Source: Alphaproteobacteria bacterium
Lineage (GTDB): Bacteria > Pseudomonadota > Alphaproteobacteria > SP197
Direction: 5' to 3'
NCBI GenBank assembly: GCA_964291265.2
Contig: OZ219747.1
Span: 4,128,001-4,192,000 of the forward strand
DNA length: 64,000 bases
Shown here one piece after another: positions 59,685 to 64,000 of this stretch. The translations under genes and the position numbers were made by a program. The notes beneath the pieces were generated by a model. That model worked only from the letters and a program-made list of their open reading frames with translations. It did no database searches and was not told the origin of the DNA. Each line of letters starts with the position of its first letter. Position 1 is the first letter of the stretch.

Positions 59685-62107
59685 GACGGAGGACGAGGCT
59701 GTGGATGGCACTGCCGGCGGCGCTCGCCGTCGCGGTCCTCCTTGCAGGCGCAGCGGGCTGGTTCTGGCTGCGCACATCGTTGCCGCGACTCGACGGAGAG
59801 ATCCGGCTTCCGGGCCTCCAGGAGCGGGGAGAAGTGATCTACGATGCCAACGGCATTCCCCATATCCGGGCAGCGACGGTCGACGATGCCTATTTCCTTC
59901 TTGGTTACGTGCATGCGCGCGACCGGATGTTCCAGATGGACTTCGCGCGCCGGATCGGCAACGGAACGCTTTCCGAAGTCGTCGGCGAGCGAACGCTCTC
60001 CATAGACCGCATGGCGCGGACGCTCGGGACGGAGCGGAATGCGGAGCGGATACTCTCGCGCCTGCCGGAGGATGCGGTCGGGGTTCTCGATGCCTATTCC
60101 GCCGGCATCAACACCTGGCTGACAACGCGGTCCGGCGCGCTGCCGCCCGAATTCGTCCTGCTCGGTTACGAACCGGAACTGTGGCGGCCGAAGGATTCGC
60201 TGGCGCGGAGCGGCATCAAACTGGCCAACCTGGTCTGGGAGTGGGAGAATGAAGCCCTTCGTGGCGCGCTTGCGGCAAGATTGTCTCCCGCGCAACTCTC
60301 CGACCTTTTCCACGAGGACGTCAATGGCGCCTTGTCCAGCGCCCGTCGTTCCCGGTCGATGGCGGGACACGCGCCCCATGCCGCCCAATGGAGATCACTG
60401 TGGAGGGCCATGTCCGGTGGCTCGCAATCGGAGTTGCAGGCGTCCAATGCGTGGGCGGTTGCGGGCGGCAGGACGGCAAGCGGCCTCCCCATACTGGCCA
60501 GCGACCCTCATCTCGCGCTGACATCTCCGGGACTCTGGTATCTCGCGCGCATGGAAGCGCCGGGACTCAGTCTGGCGGGCGCAACGGTTCCAGGAGGACC
60601 CGTTTTCGTTCTGGGTCACAACGGCACCATTGCGTGGGGCGTGACCAATGCCGGCAGCGACTTTCAGGACTTCTTCGTGGAACGCATCAGCGAAGGCGAG
60701 CCGGGGCGGTACGACGCGCCCGGCGGGTCGCGCGCGTTCGACGAGCGGACCGAAACCATTGCCGTGAAGGGGCAGGAACCCGTGGAGCTGATCGTCCGGG
60801 AAACGCGCCACGGCCCGGTGGTTTCCGACCTCGCGCCCGACTTCGCTGTCCTCGATGGTCACTATCCCGGGAAGCGGGATCACGTCGTCGCATTCTCGTC
60901 CACGCTCCTGCGCGACGATGACATGACCATTCTCGCCTTTCTCAGGCTGAACAGGGCGCGCAACTGGGACGAATTCACGTCCTCCCTGGAGAATTTCCAT
61001 TCTCCTCATGTCAGCATTACCTATGCCGATACGGATGGGAACATCGGTTTCCTGTCGTCGGGGCGGGTTCCGATACGCAGTGCCGGTGACGGTTGGCTCC
61101 CCTCCGCCGGCTGGACCGGCGAAGGGGATTGGGCCGGGTTCGTGCCGTACGATGCGCTTCCGCGCGCCTTCAACCCGCCTTCAGGCCTCATCGTGCACGC
61201 CAACCAGCGCATCGTCCCTGCCGACCATCCGTGGTTCCTCGCCCGTCGCTGGCCGCCGCCATACCGGGCGGAACGGATCAAGGCGCACGTGGAGCAGGTC
61301 GCTCCGCGCACGGTTGCAACGGAAACGGCGCTGCAGCACGACGAGTTCTCCGGCGCCGCGGCTGACCTCGTCCCCCTGTTGCTGAAGCTCGCCGAACCCG
61401 CCCGAATGGACGAAAACGCGAAGCGCGCATTGTCCCTGCTTCGTGGCTGGGACTTGCGTATGGCGCGCACATCGGCGGCGCCGCTGATCTTTGTTGCCTG
61501 GCTCGCAGAGGTGAACCGCGGTCTCTACGCCGATGAGCTCGGCAACCTCTTCCAGCCTTTTTTCGGCCTGCGGCCGGGCACGGTCGCCCACATGCTGACG
61601 AGCCGTCTGGCATGGTGCGACGATGTGACGACATCCCCCGTCGAGACGTGCGGCCAGACCGTCTCCGCCGCTCTGTCACGTGCTCTCGACGATCTGGCGC
61701 GCCGCTTTGGAGACGACATGAAGGACTGGCATTGGGGCGAGGCGCACCGGGCCGTGTTCAGCCATATCCTGCTCGGCCGCATTCCGGTCCTGAAGCGGTT
61801 GGCGGATGTCCGCATCGAGACGGGAGGTGGTGGCTTCACGGTCAATCGCGGGCGGCACAACATCGCCAATGAAGAGGCACCCTTCGCCGCCAACCACGGT
61901 TCCGGTTATCGCGCGGTGTACGATCTGTCCGATCTCTCGAACTCCGTGTTCTCCGTCGGAACCGGCGCCAGCGGCAATGTCCTGTCCTGGCGCTACGACA
62001 ACACGACCCACCGGTGGCGGGACGGCGACTACATGCGCATTCCGCAAACCCGCGCCGAGGTCCTGCAGTCGGCCACGGGGGTGCTGACGCTCCTGCCGGA
62101 GCAATAG
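59681..62107 (+). CDS. Penicillin/AHL acylase family Ntn-hydrolase
   Basis: GIPHI, GYVHARDRMFQMD, nucleophile SNAW and DPHL motifs. Confidence 0.93.
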   Translation: MRRRTRLWMALPAALAVAVLLAGAAGWFWLRTSLPRLDGEIRLPGLQERGEVIYDANGIPHIRAATVDDAYFLLGYVHARDRMFQMDFARRIGNGTLSEVVGERTLSIDRMARTLGTERNAERILSRLPEDAVGVLDAYSAGINTWLTTRSGALPPEFVLLGYEPELWRPKDSLARSGIKLANLVWEWENEALRGALAARLSPAQLSDLFHEDVNGALSSARRSRSMAGHAPHAAQWRSLWRAMSGGSQSELQASNAWAVAGGRTASGLPILASDPHLALTSPGLWYLARMEAPGLSLAGATVPGGPVFVLGHNGTIAWGVTNAGSDFQDFFVERISEGEPGRYDAPGGSRAFDERTETIAVKGQEPVELIVRETRHGPVVSDLAPDFAVLDGHYPGKRDHVVAFSSTLLRDDDMTILAFLRLNRARNWDEFTSSLENFHSPHVSITYADTDGNIGFLSSGRVPIRSAGDGWLPSAGWTGEGDWAGFVPYDALPRAFNPPSGLIVHANQRIVPADHPWFLARRWPPPYRAERIKAHVEQVAPRTVATETALQHDEFSGAAADLVPLLLKLAEPARMDENAKRALSLLRGWDLRMARTSAAPLIFVAWLAEVNRGLYADELGNLFQPFFGLRPGTVAHMLTSRLAWCDDVTTSPVETCGQTVSAALSRALDDLARRFGDDMKDWHWGEAHRAVFSHILLGRIPVLKRLADVRIETGGGGFTVNRGRHNIANEEAPFAANHGSGYRAVYDLSDLSNSVFSVGTGASGNVLSWRYDNTTHRWRDGDYMRIPQTRAEVLQSATGVLTLLPEQ

Positions 62108-62289
62108 AGTCCTTCCCCGGCGCTTGTCCACGATGTGCAGGGCATGAACCGCTCGAGATTGGCGGTCAGCTGTCCGACATCGTCAGCGCCGCATCGGTCC
62201 TGAACAGGGAAGGTCTCTCATCCTTGCAGGCCTGACTCTGGTTGAACGCGCCGTCAAGCGCGGCGATTCCGTCGCAGGAGCTCTTCAAC

Positions 62290-62700
62290 TCGGTCATGGT
62301 CAGGAGCCGTGAGACCGTTCACCAACAGCGCGACCCCGGGTCGACGGAGCGCCGTCCCTGGATCACCGCGAACCGGTTCGCCGCCAGGCAGTCGTTGGCC
62401 TCGATGTCGTCGTGGTCGATCCGACGGCTGGCGTTGCCGCCGATGCCGCCTCAATCGACACACTCGCCGTCAGACAGCGATGCAAGCAGCGGTTCTCCAT
62501 GTCGGCGCCGTCGTCCTGTTGTGCATGCCCGCCACTTGCCAGAAGACTTATGCCCCTGCTGTTCGACGGCAAGAATGCCGAAAGCGCCGAGGCCCGGGCC
62601 AACGCGGCAACGAAGAGGACGCCCGGGGGCTGATCCGGCGCACAACTCTCGCCGCGGACCACTCTCGACCGATGGAGGCCGCCCCGGCCTCGCTTTCTGC
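62290..62700 (+). pseudogene. Highly decayed IS1634-like transposase relic
   Basis: Fragments WITANR, VLLCM, RRLMPLLFD and AATKRTPGG recall conserved IS1634 segments. Confidence 0.4.
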
Positions 62701-62785
62701 ATCATCGGAGCGCTGAACGTGAAGAACCGGGGAACCGGGACACGGGTCAGCGCGGAACAGACAGTCGATGAACAGAGGTACCGTT

Positions 62786-64000
62786 TCAGCTGCCCCCCCC
62801 TGCATCGGGGCCGGGAACCGTCGCCGGACAGGCAGCGATGCGAGAGGCCGCCGTCTTCGCCCGGGCAACGACTTCCTCGAAATCCCTGGCGTCGCATGCC
62901 CGGGCCACGGTGGCCTTGACTCCACTTTCCCACTGCGCCTCACCGTCCTGACCGCCGTTCACAAGCGACAGGACGCATTCCAGACCCAGCAGAAAACTCG
63001 CTGCCTCGGCTAGTTCCTCGGCAACCTGCGATTCGAGAATTCCATGTTCTCCGGCCTTCTTGAAAACAGCCGCCGAACCATCCTCACCCAACATGTCCGG
63101 ATGGCTCTTGCCATCATGCAGACGCAACGCGAGCGCTGCTCGCTGGAGACCGCTCAGACCGCCCGGTCCGTCCAGAATCGCAGGGAGCACCTCCCCCCCT
63201 TGCACGTCCGGAACTGGGGAATGAACGTCAACGGGCGGCGGCGGGGCCTGCCGGAGGAGTAGCGAGCGCCTGGCCTCCTCAAACCGTTCAGCAAACTCAT
63301 CCGCACGGTCGCCGGTCACGCACACAACCCTGGCCGACGCCAGTTCCTGCAGATAGTCCGCATCCTGCTTTCCGTCAGCGTTCACAAAACGCTCCAGCGC
63401 GCCGGTCACATTGTGCTTCCCGCTGCCCGGAGGCCGCATCTGAGCCGACCTGACAAGCATGTTGTTGGCCGACCACTGTGCCGCGACCTTGTTGAATCTG
63501 CGGCAGAACTCGCCGGCGTGGTCGTCCACGACGAAACCACTCCCGGCGATGTCCGATGCGCCATCCGCCAAGGCTATGATCTCGATTTCCGATTCGAAGC
63601 TCACTCGGCGTTCACCGAGCACTCCAAGGGCCACAAAAGCAATGCCATCTCCGGAAACCGGACCTCGCCGGGCAACAAACTCGTCGAGAACGGCCCGCGC
63701 CAGCAGAGTGACCGCCGCATCGGCCATGTTGGAGAGCGGCCGGCCGGCGTCCTGCCCCAGGACGTGCCCCTGCATCATCCTTACGCCGATCTGGAAAGCT
63801 TGGTCATTGCACCAGATCTGCGCATTTTCGGCGATTTCGTCGGCGATGTCCGTCTCCGAAAGGTCCATGTCCTCCATCATCTCTCTATAGCCGAACTCAT
63901 GGCCATAATGGAGCCGCAGCAAGCCCCTCTGAGCAAGGAGCAACTCGTCAGGACCCATGCCTATGTTGTCGGGAACTGTAATCTGCTGAAATTCGCGGCT
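62786..64000 (-). CDS. Divergent GlnE-like nucleotidyltransferase-domain protein (5' end outside window)
   Basis: FQIGVRMM..LSNMAD..FVALGVLG..ARVV..GPGGL..LRL resemble the GlnE adenylyltransferase half; the frame stays open to the window edge. Confidence 0.6.
   Translation of the reverse strand, partial: SREFQQITVPDNIGMGPDELLLAQRGLLRLHYGHEFGYREMMEDMDLSETDIADEIAENAQIWCNDQAFQIGVRMMQGHVLGQDAGRPLSNMADAAVTLLARAVLDEFVARRGPVSGDGIAFVALGVLGERRVSFESEIEIIALADGASDIAGSGFVVDDHAGEFCRRFNKVAAQWSANNMLVRSAQMRPPGSGKHNVTGALERFVNADGKQDADYLQELASARVVCVTGDRADEFAERFEEARRSLLLRQAPPPPVDVHSPVPDVQGGEVLPAILDGPGGLSGLQRAALALRLHDGKSHPDMLGEDGSAAVFKKAGEHGILESQVAEELAEAASFLLGLECVLSLVNGGQDGEAQWESGVKATVARACDARDFEEVVARAKTAASRIAACPATVPGPDAGGGS

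Noticed and set aside
1-64000. tRNA, rRNA or riboswitch genes
   Set aside because: None recognised by eye; a covariance-model search was not possible.

Overview
High-GC window from an alphaproteobacterium (inferred from the proC-ybjN-ubiK-lgt-midA-pgeF-prs-rplY-pth-ychF and ilvE-marR-ompR-envZ blocks). From left to right: a GcvA-like LysR regulator, DUF1127 and a permease; a complete bufferin-type RiPP cluster (DUF2282 precursor, DUF692 MNIO, DUF2063, DoxX) downstream of thiol dioxygenase, multi-rhodanese and cupin genes; a TA pair with mobile-element relics; and two paralogous sugar ABC operons that converge on a 7.76-kb IS21-family transposon. That transposon (16635-24391) has TGT..ACA inverted ends and an ACGAC target duplication. 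It carries a Cys-rich ORF upstream of istA and, downstream of istB, an overlapping DUF3991/Toprim primase-like gene plus a small ORF, and its right 2.4 kb is tandemly duplicated. Next come a housekeeping block and an accessory patch in which an IS66-type element (14-bp perfect IRs) carries a Dam-like methyltransferase gene broken by an end of the same IS21 element. The window ends with an RND pump, a cysC relic, a sulfotransferase-MATE-acylase operon and a partial, divergent GlnE-like gene. The strongest candidate for a novel system is the primase-carrying IS21 transposon. All calls come from reading the sequence and recalling family motifs; no searches were run.
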